Source: Kofleriaceae bacterium
GTDB taxonomy: Bacteria; Myxococcota_A; Polyangia; Haliangiales; Haliangiaceae
DNA: 23,848 bases
Direction of reading: 5' to 3'
Assembly: GCA_046597055.1 (NCBI GenBank)
Contig: JBKJLC010000215.1
Coordinates: 1-23,848 of the forward strand
Shown piece by piece: positions 1 to 8,290 of this stretch (positions are counted from its first letter, which is position 1; each line of letters opens with the position of its first letter). Position numbers and translations under genes: made by a program. The notes beneath the pieces were generated by a model, which was not told the origin of the DNA, searched no databases, and saw nothing but the letters and a program-made list of their open reading frames with translations.

Positions 1-347
1 CTAGACGGCATGGCCCAACCTCGGGCCGAGCACACCAGTCGCTATCGCCTCGAAGCCAGGCCGCGACCCGCTTGGAAGCGGTCGGAGGCCGAGGGTGTCG
101 CGTGGATGCACGAGTGCCGATGTGTCCCGACCACTTGCGGCACTGGGTGCAATGGCACGCATCCGGCGGTTTCAGGTCCCCGGTCACCGCGATCCGCACC
201 GCGCCACACATGCACGAGGCCTTACGCATGGCGCGTGACTACCACGGGTCGCTGCGGGCCGCGACTGGAGCATCTGCATCCGGCCCGCCGCGTCTCGGCC
301 CGCTGCGGCGTACACCGGCCACGCCCGGGCCCTGTAGGATGCGCGCC

Positions 348-959
348 ATGGGCCAGCTGACCGAGTTGATCGACGACGAACGAACCGGCGTGAAGACGAT
401 CGCCGGGTACCTCGACGGGCTCGATGGCGTCGCGCGGTGGCGCGAGGTCGGCGCGCTCGGGCGCAGCCGCCAGCGCCTGCTGTACGAAAAGGCGGCGCTC
501 GGCGAGCCGATCGACCTCGGCCACTTCGTCGGCGACGCCGCCGTGCGCGAGGAGGTCATCCACGACGGCGCCAACACGCTGCCGGTGCCGGCGCCGCTGC
601 GTCGGTTCCAGAAGCGGTTCTGCTGGCCGGCCGGCGACGGCCGCGCCCGCCTGTTCGGGTACAACGAGGGCGTCACCCGCCGCGTGATCGGGCCCGGCTT
701 CTTCGTCGCGGTGCCGACCGACGGTCGCCCGCACTGGACCGCGCGCGGGCCGGTCGTGGTCGACTACTTCCAGGTGCCCGACGGTGAGGTCGCCGCCAGC
801 TGGCCCAAGGTGGTGCCCAACACCCGGGGCCTGCAGCGGTTCGTCTACGACAAGACCCGTGACTTCATGCGGCGTGTGTCGAAGCACGTGTCGATCGGGG
901 CAGCGTTCCGGGGCGAACGACCGCTCGACCACTATTTCGTGCTGTCTCGACGGGCGTGA
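348..959 (+). CDS. Hypothetical protein, possibly a distant GXWXG/DUF4334-like beta-barrel
   Basis: GC3-rich codons from ATG 348 (MGQLTELIDD...). TAGGAT at 335-340 sits 7 nt upstream. The C-terminus RFVYDKTRDFMRRVSKHVSIGAAFRGERPLDHYFVLSRR resembles, from memory, the DUF4334 pattern VYD..D.FRRV....G....FFVL.R. Confidence 0.75.
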   Translation: MGQLTELIDDERTGVKTIAGYLDGLDGVARWREVGALGRSRQRLLYEKAALGEPIDLGHFVGDAAVREEVIHDGANTLPVPAPLRRFQKRFCWPAGDGRARLFGYNEGVTRRVIGPGFFVAVPTDGRPHWTARGPVVVDYFQVPDGEVAASWPKVVPNTRGLQRFVYDKTRDFMRRVSKHVSIGAAFRGERPLDHYFVLSRRA

Positions 960-2052
960 CCGATGCCACCGGCGCGGCTACCACCGGCGCCGGCGCCGGC
1001 TTGCGTGCCATGCGCGCGATGCGGCGGAACACGCTGGTGAGCTGGGTCCGCATCGGGCCCTGGTTGTAGGGCAGGCCGTAGCGGCGGCAGATCGCGCGGA
1101 CCTCGACCGCGATCTCGGCGTAGCGATGGGCCGGCAGATCGGGAAACAGGTGGTGCTCGATCTGGTGGCTGAGGTTGCCCGACATGAGGTGCATCAGCTT
1201 GCCGCCAGTGAGGTTGGCCGAGCCGAGCAGCTGACGCAGGTACCAGCCGCCGCGGGTCTCGTTGACCAGCGAGGCCTCGTCGAACAGCGCCACCCCGTCG
1301 GGGAAGTGGCCGCAGAAGATGACCGAGAACGCCCACAGGTTGCGCATGACGTTGGCGGTCAGGTTGCCGAGGAGCACCGGGACGAAGCCGGGCCCGGCCA
1401 GCAGCGGGAACAGCAGGTAGTCGCGTGCGATCAAGCGGCGCCCCTTGGTCAGCACGCTGCGCAGCGCCTCGTCGAAGTCGGCGCGCGGCTTGCCGGCGCG
1501 CATATTCTCGAGCTCGAGGTCGTGGAACGCGACCCCCCACTGGAACACGAACGCGAGCGCGACCGTGTAGGCGAGCTGGTAGCGGTGCAGCGGCTCCCAC
1601 GGCTGATCCTCGCTGATGCGGATCTGGCCGTAGCCGACGTCGCGATCCTTGCCGACGACGTTGGTGAACGTGTGGTGCAGGTAGTTGTGCGAGTGGCGCC
1701 ACTCGGTGCCCGGGCACGCGTTGTCCCACTCGAAGGTCTTGCCGTCGAGCGCGGGGTCGCGCGTGAACTCGTACTGGCCGTGCATGACGTTGTGGCCGAT
1801 CTCCATGTTGTCGAGGATCTTGGAGAGGCCGAGGAGCGTGGTGCCGGCCAGCCAGGCGGGCGGCAACCAGCCGGCAAACAGGAGCGCGCGGCCGGCCAGC
1901 TCGGCGCGGCGCTGGAACTTGATGACGCGGCGCAGGTAGGTCGCGTCGCGCTCGCCGACATCGGCCATGACGCGGGCGCGGATGGCATCGAGCTCGCGCC
2001 CGAACGCCTCGAGCTGGGACGGCGTGAGCTGCGGAATCGTGGAGGTGGACAT
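865..2052 (-). CDS. Membrane acyl-CoA fatty acid desaturase (DesA3/DesB-like)
   Basis: His boxes EIGHNVMHGQY, WRHSHNYLHH and HQIEHHLFP, plus hydrophobic segments. Lies directly downstream of a ferredoxin reductase. Confidence 0.95.
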   Translation of the reverse strand: MSTSTIPQLTPSQLEAFGRELDAIRARVMADVGERDATYLRRVIKFQRRAELAGRALLFAGWLPPAWLAGTTLLGLSKILDNMEIGHNVMHGQYEFTRDPALDGKTFEWDNACPGTEWRHSHNYLHHTFTNVVGKDRDVGYGQIRISEDQPWEPLHRYQLAYTVALAFVFQWGVAFHDLELENMRAGKPRADFDEALRSVLTKGRRLIARDYLLFPLLAGPGFVPVLLGNLTANVMRNLWAFSVIFCGHFPDGVALFDEASLVNETRGGWYLRQLLGSANLTGGKLMHLMSGNLSHQIEHHLFPDLPAHRYAEIAVEVRAICRRYGLPYNQGPMRTQLTSVFRRIARMARKPAPAPVVAAPVASVTPVETARNSGRAVVRPGTLPRSTRASTHAA

Positions 2053-2073
2053 GAAGGCTCCCGAGGAAGGGGG

Positions 2074-3156
2074 TCAGAGATCGAGGGTGACGTCGCCGAC
2101 CGGCGCGTTGACGCACAGCGAGATGGTCTCGCCGGGTGACGCGGTCAGCTGGCCGGTGCGGAGGTCGCGAACGGTGCCGGCGGTGAGCCGACACCGGCAG
2201 GTGCCGCAGATGCCCATCCGGCACCCGGAGGCGGGCGACATGCCGGCCGCCTCGGCCTGGACCAGGATGGCCCGGCCGTCGTTGGCGATCGCGCCGCCGC
2301 TGCGGCCGAACCGGATGAGCCCGGTGCTGGTCGCGGTCGGCGGCGGCGACGGGGGCGCGAAGTGCTCGAGGTGCAGCCGACCGGCGAGGCCGAGCGCGGT
2401 CCACGCGGCGGTCGCGGCGGCGGCCAGCGCCGGGGGCCCGCACACGTAGGCCTCGGCGTCGTCGAGGTCGGGGATCAGCGCGCGCAGGCGGGCCGCGTCG
2501 AGCAGCGGCGCCGGCGTGGCGGTGTGGGTGAGCTCGACGTGCAGCTCGAGCGCCGGGTGGCTGCGCGCGAGGCGGCCCAGCTCGGCCGCGAAGATCACCT
2601 CGTCGGCGTGGCGGGCGTAGTGGAGGAAGGTGACCCGCCCGGCGTGGCCGTCGGCGAGCAACGTGCGCAGGATCGACATGCACGGCGTGATGCCGCTGCC
2701 GCCGCTGACCAGCACGATGCGCCGCGGCGCCGGCGTGGGCACGACGAACTCGCCGGTCGCCTGCGACAGCACGACCACCGCACCGGCGGCAGCACGGGTC
2801 AGCGCCCAGTGCGAGACCAGCCCGCGCGCGTGCCGCTTGATGGTGACGTGGATGCGGTCTGGATCCTGGCGCGGCGTCGACGACAGCGAGAACACGCGCG
2901 TGTGGCGGACGCCGTCGATCTCGACCGAGAGCGCGACGTGCTGGCCGGCCTGGTAGCCGCGCCACAGCCGGTTCGGCTGCAACACCAGCGTCGCGGTGTC
3001 CGCGGTGTCCCGGCGGACCTCGATCACGCGCGCGCGCACCTCGTTGACCGACCACAGCGGGTCGAGCTGCGCGAGGTAGACGTCGATGCCGTGCGGCATG
3101 GTGAGAGCCGCCACCAGGCGCGAGCTCAGGACCTGACGAACTGCTTCGGTGAACAT
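2074..3156 (-). CDS. Ferredoxin reductase (FAD/NAD-binding plus C-terminal 2Fe-2S), desaturase electron-transfer partner (DesC/Rv3230c-like)
   Basis: Motifs RVFSLSS, SGGSGITP, YVCGP and the 2Fe-2S motif CRMGICGTC...C. ATG 3156 chosen because it follows a -35/-10 promoter. Confidence 0.93.
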   Translation of the reverse strand: MFTEAVRQVLSSRLVAALTMPHGIDVYLAQLDPLWSVNEVRARVIEVRRDTADTATLVLQPNRLWRGYQAGQHVALSVEIDGVRHTRVFSLSSTPRQDPDRIHVTIKRHARGLVSHWALTRAAAGAVVVLSQATGEFVVPTPAPRRIVLVSGGSGITPCMSILRTLLADGHAGRVTFLHYARHADEVIFAAELGRLARSHPALELHVELTHTATPAPLLDAARLRALIPDLDDAEAYVCGPPALAAAATAAWTALGLAGRLHLEHFAPPSPPPTATSTGLIRFGRSGGAIANDGRAILVQAEAAGMSPASGCRMGICGTCRCRLTAGTVRDLRTGQLTASPGETISLCVNAPVGDVTLDL

Positions 3157-3165
3157 GTGTACACT
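3148..3165. promoter_or_regulatory. DesT/FabR-type operator 1, overlapping the reductase start codon
   Basis: Imperfect 18-bp palindrome GGTGAACATGTGTACACT, similar to FabR/DesT boxes. Confidence 0.8.
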
Positions 3166-3192
3166 GATAGCGCGCCGCGTCGACTCAGTCAA
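3164..3192 (-). promoter_or_regulatory. Sigma70-type promoter of the reductase-desaturase operon
   Basis: Minus strand reads TTGACT-N17-TATCAG-N7-ATG. Confidence 0.65.
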
Positions 3193-3204
3193 CACGTGTT
3201 CACC
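3187..3204. promoter_or_regulatory. DesT/FabR-type operator 2, overlapping the -35 box
   Basis: AGTCAACACGTGTTCACC. Its reverse complement GGTGAACACGTGTTGACT matches the P. aeruginosa DesT desCB site as I recall it (AGTGAACGCTTGTTGACT) at 15/18 positions. Confidence 0.85.
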
Positions 3205-3288
3205 GACCCAGCGTTACATGTTGAAGTCTAGGTGGTTACGTGAGACCACTTCCTTGATACACGTTCACCCTCGCCTCCTGGACCACCT

Positions 3289-3933
3289 GTGGCCACCGCA
3301 CGCGACGAACAGAAGCTCCGTACCCGCCAGGCCCTCCTCGACGGCGCGCTGCGCCTGATCGAGAAGGACCACACGTTCTCCATGCTCAGCCTGCGCGAGG
3401 TGGCGCGCGAGGCCGGCGTCGTGCCGACCGCCTTTTATCGCCACTTCACCGACATGGGCGAGATGGGCCTGGCCCTGGTCGACGAGGCGTTCCGCACCCT
3501 GCGCGAGCTCATGCGCACCGCGCGCTCGAACCCGGCCATGACCGAGGACATCATCCGACGGTCGGTCAACGCCTACGTCGACCACGTGCTGGTGAACCGC
3601 AGCCTGTTCCTGTTCGTCGCCCGCGAGATGACCGGCGGCCGCAAGAAGATGCGGGCGGCGGTGGCCGCCGAGCTCCGCCTGTTCGCGAGCGAGCTCGCGA
3701 CCGACCTCGGCCGCATGCCGCCGCTGCGGGCGTGGACCAGCGAGGACCTCCACATGATCGCCGGGCTGGTCGTCGGCGTGATGCTCCAGGCGGCCAACGC
3801 CATCACCGAACTCCCGGCCGGCCGGTCCGACGACGAGCGCGGCCTCCGCCGCACGACCGAGCAGCAGCTCCGGCTGATCTTCCTCGGCGCCCGGCTGTGG
3901 CGCAGCGGTCAGCCCGCTCGCGACGAAGGCTAA
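3289..3933 (+). CDS. TetR-family regulator, FabR/DesT-like
   Basis: HTH segment LSLREVAREAGVVPTAFYRHF and a FabR-like C-terminus QLRLIFLGA. Divergent from the desaturase operon. Confidence 0.92.
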   Translation: MATARDEQKLRTRQALLDGALRLIEKDHTFSMLSLREVAREAGVVPTAFYRHFTDMGEMGLALVDEAFRTLRELMRTARSNPAMTEDIIRRSVNAYVDHVLVNRSLFLFVAREMTGGRKKMRAAVAAELRLFASELATDLGRMPPLRAWTSEDLHMIAGLVVGVMLQAANAITELPAGRSDDERGLRRTTEQQLRLIFLGARLWRSGQPARDEG

Positions 3934-4045
3934 TTTAGCTGGCCAGAACGCGACCCACGTGCAACACGTCGCACGACGCACGCCCACGCCTTGAGCCCGA
4001 TGATCGCGAGCGCAACCAAACGCGCCGCGCTAGATTCGATGGTTC

Positions 4046-4855
4046 ATGCGAACCGCAACCGTCCTGGCTGCCGCCGTCCTCGGGAGCGGCTGCGACGTTG
4101 CCGAGAATTACCTCGACCCGGCCGGCCCCCGCTACGCGGGCGACTTTCACGGCGGACGCCCGACCCCGGTCGGCGACGAGCTGCTGGTGGTCACGTACAA
4201 CCTCCGGTACGCGATCGCGATCGACGTCGCGATCGCCGCCCTGGGCCAGCCGCCGCTGGGCGGCGCCGATATCGTGCTGATGCAAGAGATGGACGCCGAG
4301 GGCACCGAGCGCATCGCGGCGGCGCTCGGGCTCCATTACGTCTACTACCCGGCGTCGATCCACACCAACGGCCGCGACTTCGGCCCCGCGGTGCTGAGCC
4401 CGCACCCGATCATCGCGGACCACAAGCTGGTCCTGCCCCACGTCGATCCGTCCGATGGCCGGGTCCGGACCGCGACCGCGGCGACGCTCGACCTCGGCGG
4501 CACCGAGGTGGCCGCGTACAGCGTACACACGTCGATCGTCGCGCTCGGCCTGGGCGCGCGGCTCGACCAGGCGGCGGCGATGATCAGCGACGCCGCGCCG
4601 ACCGGGCCGCTGGTGATCGGCGGCGACTTCAACACCGGCGATCCCGGCTCGGTCGACCAGACCGTCGACCTGTTCGCCGACCGAGGCCTGGCCTGGGCCA
4701 CCGCCGGGACCGGCGATACCGGCCAGCGCAACGGCGTCCGCTTCCTGCTCGACTTCGTGTTCGCCCGTGACCTGCCCGCCCGGACTGCCGGCGTCTTCAC
4801 CGGCGAGGCCGGCAGCGATCACCGACCGGTCTGGGCCCGGGTCGCGGCGCCGTGA
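4046..4855 (+). CDS. Endonuclease/exonuclease/phosphatase (EEP) family lipoprotein
   Basis: Motifs VVTYNL, DIVLMQE, GGDFN, LDFVF and SDHRPV. N-terminal lipobox-like signal (MRTATVLAAAVLGSG-C). Confidence 0.9.
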   Translation: MRTATVLAAAVLGSGCDVAENYLDPAGPRYAGDFHGGRPTPVGDELLVVTYNLRYAIAIDVAIAALGQPPLGGADIVLMQEMDAEGTERIAAALGLHYVYYPASIHTNGRDFGPAVLSPHPIIADHKLVLPHVDPSDGRVRTATAATLDLGGTEVAAYSVHTSIVALGLGARLDQAAAMISDAAPTGPLVIGGDFNTGDPGSVDQTVDLFADRGLAWATAGTGDTGQRNGVRFLLDFVFARDLPARTAGVFTGEAGSDHRPVWARVAAP

Positions 4856-5490
4856 CCGCCGCGACTCGCGCGGCCACGCTCGCGGTCGCGATGGCAGCGA
4901 CCGGCTGTGCCAGCCACGCCTCGCGGCACGGCGCGACCGTCGTCGCACCCGGTCGGTGGCAGACCGTCCTCGCGCTCGATGCGCTGGTGTTCGAGCACGG
5001 TCGCGACTACGCCGTGTATCCGGCGCCCGAGGTCGCGGTGCGACGCGGGATGCAGGGCTGGGACCTCGGCGGCAAGCTCGGGGCCGGCAACGCCGAGCTC
5101 AGCGCGCGCTTCGCGCTCCGGCGCGGCGGCCCGGTGGTGGTCGCGCTGGTCCCCGGCGTGCGGTTCGCGATCGCGCTGCTCACCAACAACGGGACCGACC
5201 TCGTGCGCGGCACTGGCTTCGGCCACGTGGTGCTCGAGCGGGCGCTGACCGCGCGGCTCACGCTGGTCACGACCGCGACCGCGGCGATCACCGCGGCGGG
5301 ACCGATGACGATCACCTCGGGCCGGGCCGGCGACACCCGCGCGCTGGCCGAGCCGGCGCTCGGCGTGGGCCTGCGCCTCCGGATCGGAGGACGCACGCTG
5401 TGGCCCGAGGCGACGGTCACCCTGCCTTACCCGATCGGCGACGGGCTCGAGCGCCCGCTGATCCAGGCCGGCATCGCCGTCGAGCTGTGA
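4852..5490 (+). CDS. Hypothetical lipoprotein, amphipathic beta-strand-rich (outer-membrane-protein-like)
   Basis: GTGA start/stop overlap with the EEP gene, signal peptide ...AMAATG-C, alternating hydrophobic strands, ends LIQAGIAVEL. Confidence 0.75.
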   Translation: MTAATRAATLAVAMAATGCASHASRHGATVVAPGRWQTVLALDALVFEHGRDYAVYPAPEVAVRRGMQGWDLGGKLGAGNAELSARFALRRGGPVVVALVPGVRFAIALLTNNGTDLVRGTGFGHVVLERALTARLTLVTTATAAITAAGPMTITSGRAGDTRALAEPALGVGLRLRIGGRTLWPEATVTLPYPIGDGLERPLIQAGIAVEL

Positions 5491-5493
5491 CCA

Positions 5494-5509
5494 AGGGCTG
5501 GCAAGCCCT
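5494..5509. terminator. Small hairpin between convergent genes
   Basis: AGGGCT-GGCA-AGCCCT, with no U-tract. Confidence 0.35.
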
Positions 5510-5517
5510 AAGACGCC

Positions 5518-5733
5518 CTAAGACTGGGGCGCCTCGGGCAGGCGGCGGACCTCGAGGTTGCCGCTGTCGAGCTGCAGCACGAGCCCCCAGTGGGTCCCGT
5601 CGCTGGCCTTGAACTTGGTGGCGTGGTCGCTGTTGGACTGCGCCTCGGTGATCAGGAACTTCAGGTAGTCACGGTGCGTGGACACCAGCTCCTTCAGCGC
5701 CGCGATGCCGTCGGGGTCTCCCACCAGCTTCAT
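5518..5733 (-). CDS. Small hypothetical protein (71 aa)
   Basis: MKLVGDPDGIAALKELVSTHRDYLKFLITEAQ... with strong GC3 bias. TACGCT at 5747-5742 upstream. Alternative GTG start at 5736. Confidence 0.75.
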   Translation of the reverse strand: MKLVGDPDGIAALKELVSTHRDYLKFLITEAQSNSDHATKFKASDGTHWGLVLQLDSGNLEVRRLPEAPQS

Positions 5734-5802
5734 CACCTGCCAGCGTAGCGCAGCCGACCGGCGCGCGCCGGGTGGGAAATGCCGAGCGGCCCCGCCGCGC
5801 AA

Positions 5803-8088
5803 TCAAGGTTGCACGGCGAGCACCGCGGCGCCGGTCAGCACCGCCGCGCCGCGCGCCGGCAAGGGGAGCGTGATCCGGCCAGCGGCGACCGTGAGCGTGC
5901 GCCCGCCAGGGTCGAGCCGGTCGACCACGGTGCCGCCGCTGCCGACGCCGAGGCTGGTGAGGTCGAGCTCGACGGTGCGGGCCGCGCCGGCGCGGTTGAT
6001 CGCCACGATCACGGCCTCGGTCGCGGTCACCCGCGCGAACGTGAGCACGTCCTCGGTGACGGTCAGCGAGACGTAGCGCCCGCGGCGCAGCGGCTCGAGG
6101 TCGCGGCGCAGGCGGCCGGCGCGCGCGACCCGATCGTACAGCGCGACCTGGCGGGCGGTGCGCCCGGTCGGACCGGTCCACATGTGCCGGTTGTCGGGGT
6201 CGGCGCCACCGTGCTCGCCGTACTCGTCGCCGTAGTAGAGGAGCGGCGCGCCCGGCACGGTCAGCATCCAGGTCAGCGCCAGCGCGACCCGCTGGTACGG
6301 CAGGTCGGTGGTCGGCGCCGTCGGCAGGCCCTGATCGGGCCACTTGTGGTGCACGAGCGGATCGGCCGAGCCGTACTGGGCCAGCGAGGTGATGCGCTCG
6401 CTGTCGTGGCTGCCGATGAACGGCGTCATCACCGCGTCGACCGGATACTGGGCCAGGCTCTGCCGGGTCCAGTAGTCGAGGTGCAGCATGCCCTTGGCCT
6501 CGTCCGCCCAGACCCGGTACGCGCTCGCGTGATAGAGGACGAAGTCGAACTGGCCCGACAGCGCGTACGGGCCGAGGTAGCGGGCGATCGTCTGGTACTC
6601 GGGCAGGTTGGCGGCGAGCTGATCGCCGGCCCAGCCCATCGCGGTCTCACCGAGCAGGAAGTACTCGGTGCCGCCCTGCTCGAGCTGCTCGTGGATGCGG
6701 GTCGACAGGTTGACGATCGCCAGATCCTCGACGTGCTTGACCGCGTCGACCCGCAGGCCGTCGAGGTCGAAGCGCTCGAGCCACCACAGCGCGTCGGCGA
6801 CCATCTGTTCGCCGGCGGCGCGGTTCCTCCAGTCGACGTCGGGCAGGTACGGCTTGAACGAGCAGTCGAGGCGGTGCTCGGTCCAGCCGCAGCCGGGCTG
6901 GCCGCACTCGCAGCCGACCCGGAACCACTCGGGGTGGGCCGCGTAGTACTCGTGGCCCTGGTGGACGTGGTTGACGACGTAGTCCATGAGCACGCGGATG
7001 CCGCGGCGGTGGGCGGCGGTGACCATCGCGTCGAGATCAGCCTCGGTGCCGAGCCGCGGGTCGATCGTGCGGGCGCGCACCGGCCAGTAGCCGTGATAGG
7101 CGCTCACGCCGCGGCCGCCGTCGAGCTCGACCCGCGGCGTGTTCTCGACGAACGGCGACAACCACAGCGCGCGCACGCCGAGCTGCTCGAAGGTGCCGTC
7201 CTCGATCGCGGCGGTGACGCCGCGGAGATCGCCGCCCAGGTAGTCGGCGGTGGCGGCGGCGGTCGCCTGGCGCGGCGGATCGTTGGCCGGCTCGCCGTTG
7301 CGGAACCGGTCGGTCATCACCATGTAGACCAGCGCGTCGCGCCAGTCGTACCGCTGGGGCTCGATCCAGAACGGGACCCGCACCGGGGCGGCGCGGGCGC
7401 CGCCGGTGTCCTCGACCTCGACCAGCAGCGTGTGCTTGCCGGCGGGGAGCCCGGCGAGGGTCACGGTCAGCTCGCCGTCACCGATCACGACCGAGGCCGG
7501 GGTCAGCCCGCCCTCGAAGCCGACCTGGGCGCGGACGCCGCCGGTCGCGATCGCGGTCCCGCTCGCGCCGCGCCACAGCCGCACCCGCGTGACCGCGCCA
7601 TCGGCGGTGGTGACGTGCGACGCGACCTCGAGCCGCGGGGTCATGCAGTCGTCGACCCGCCGGCCCGAGTTCTCGGTGCCGCCCGCGTACGCGCGGTACG
7701 GGTTGCCGGGGTCGAGCATCCACTCGACCGCGCCGCCGGGGCGGGTGACCACCAGCTTGTAGGCCCACATGCCGGCGGCGAGCGGGCGCTCGACGACGTA
7801 CTCGCCGTCGGCCTCGGGGTCGGCCATCGGGACCCGCGTCGTCCAGTCCCACTCGCCGACCAGCTCGACCGCGGTGACGGGCGGGATCGGCCGGTAGCCG
7901 AAGCGGGTCTGGCAGCTTCGCATCGGGGCGGTGACCTCGCTGCCGGGGGCCGCGTCGGTGCCGTCGCCGAGCGCGTCGTCGGTGGCGCCGGCGTCGTCGT
8001 CGACGTCGACACCAGGGTTGCGGCTGGAGGCGCACGCCACGACGGTCGCGGCGAGGACGGCGACGAGGATCGGCTGTACGCGGTTCAC
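5803..8088 (-). CDS. GH13 alpha-amylase-family lipoprotein with a CBM48/E-set-like N-terminal domain
   Basis: GH13 regions YHGYW, DYVVNH, DGLRVDAVKH, GETAMG, FIGSHD and PLLYYGDE. CBM48-like ELVGEWDW...WAYKLVV. Lipobox LAATVVA-C from GTG 8088. Confidence 0.93.
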   Translation of the reverse strand: MNRVQPILVAVLAATVVACASSRNPGVDVDDDAGATDDALGDGTDAAPGSEVTAPMRSCQTRFGYRPIPPVTAVELVGEWDWTTRVPMADPEADGEYVVERPLAAGMWAYKLVVTRPGGAVEWMLDPGNPYRAYAGGTENSGRRVDDCMTPRLEVASHVTTADGAVTRVRLWRGASGTAIATGGVRAQVGFEGGLTPASVVIGDGELTVTLAGLPAGKHTLLVEVEDTGGARAAPVRVPFWIEPQRYDWRDALVYMVMTDRFRNGEPANDPPRQATAAATADYLGGDLRGVTAAIEDGTFEQLGVRALWLSPFVENTPRVELDGGRGVSAYHGYWPVRARTIDPRLGTEADLDAMVTAAHRRGIRVLMDYVVNHVHQGHEYYAAHPEWFRVGCECGQPGCGWTEHRLDCSFKPYLPDVDWRNRAAGEQMVADALWWLERFDLDGLRVDAVKHVEDLAIVNLSTRIHEQLEQGGTEYFLLGETAMGWAGDQLAANLPEYQTIARYLGPYALSGQFDFVLYHASAYRVWADEAKGMLHLDYWTRQSLAQYPVDAVMTPFIGSHDSERITSLAQYGSADPLVHHKWPDQGLPTAPTTDLPYQRVALALTWMLTVPGAPLLYYGDEYGEHGGADPDNRHMWTGPTGRTARQVALYDRVARAGRLRRDLEPLRRGRYVSLTVTEDVLTFARVTATEAVIVAINRAGAARTVELDLTSLGVGSGGTVVDRLDPGGRTLTVAAGRITLPLPARGAAVLTGAAVLAVQP

Positions 8089-8100
8089 AGCGTCGACCCC

Positions 8101-8116
8101 AGCAACGCGAGTGCCA
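8101..8116 (-). promoter_or_regulatory. Sigma54 (-24/-12) promoter of the GH13 gene
   Basis: Minus strand TGGCAC-TCGCG-TTGCT is the exact consensus. Confidence 0.8.
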
Positions 8117-8167
8117 CGCGCTGCCGGGCCCAAGCCCGCGGAACCACCCGGTCGCTCGCGCCGGTCA

Positions 8168-8184
8168 CGTTGCCAAATGCAACG
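8168..8184. promoter_or_regulatory. Candidate enhancer-binding-protein site (UAS)
   Basis: Perfect inverted repeat CGTTGC-CAAAT-GCAACG, about 80-95 bp upstream of the predicted sigma54 start site. Confidence 0.55.
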
Positions 8185-8290
8185 GCGTCAAGAAGCGGCC
8201 GGTCGACAGCGCCCCGCGTGGGCCTCGCCGGCGACGAGGCGCTGGCCGCGCTCGCCGCCGACGAGCCCGTCGCGCGCGTCCTCGGCCCGG

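Noticed and set aside
153..167. TGGCAC-GCATC-CGGC as a sigma54 promoter (similar TGGCAC-GGATG-CGGC at 13852-13866)
   Set aside because: The -12 element lacks the TT. The second copy has no suitably oriented downstream gene.
1..340. ORFs 10-360 and the 72-347 N-terminal extension
   Set aside because: No codon bias or motifs. Probably an intergenic or regulatory region of a gene outside the window.
8224..8265. 15-bp imperfect direct repeat CTCGCCG(G/C)CGACGAG twice, each forming a small hairpin
   Set aside because: Low complexity in high-GC DNA. It may act as the DJ-1 terminator or an extra UAS, but there is no independent support.
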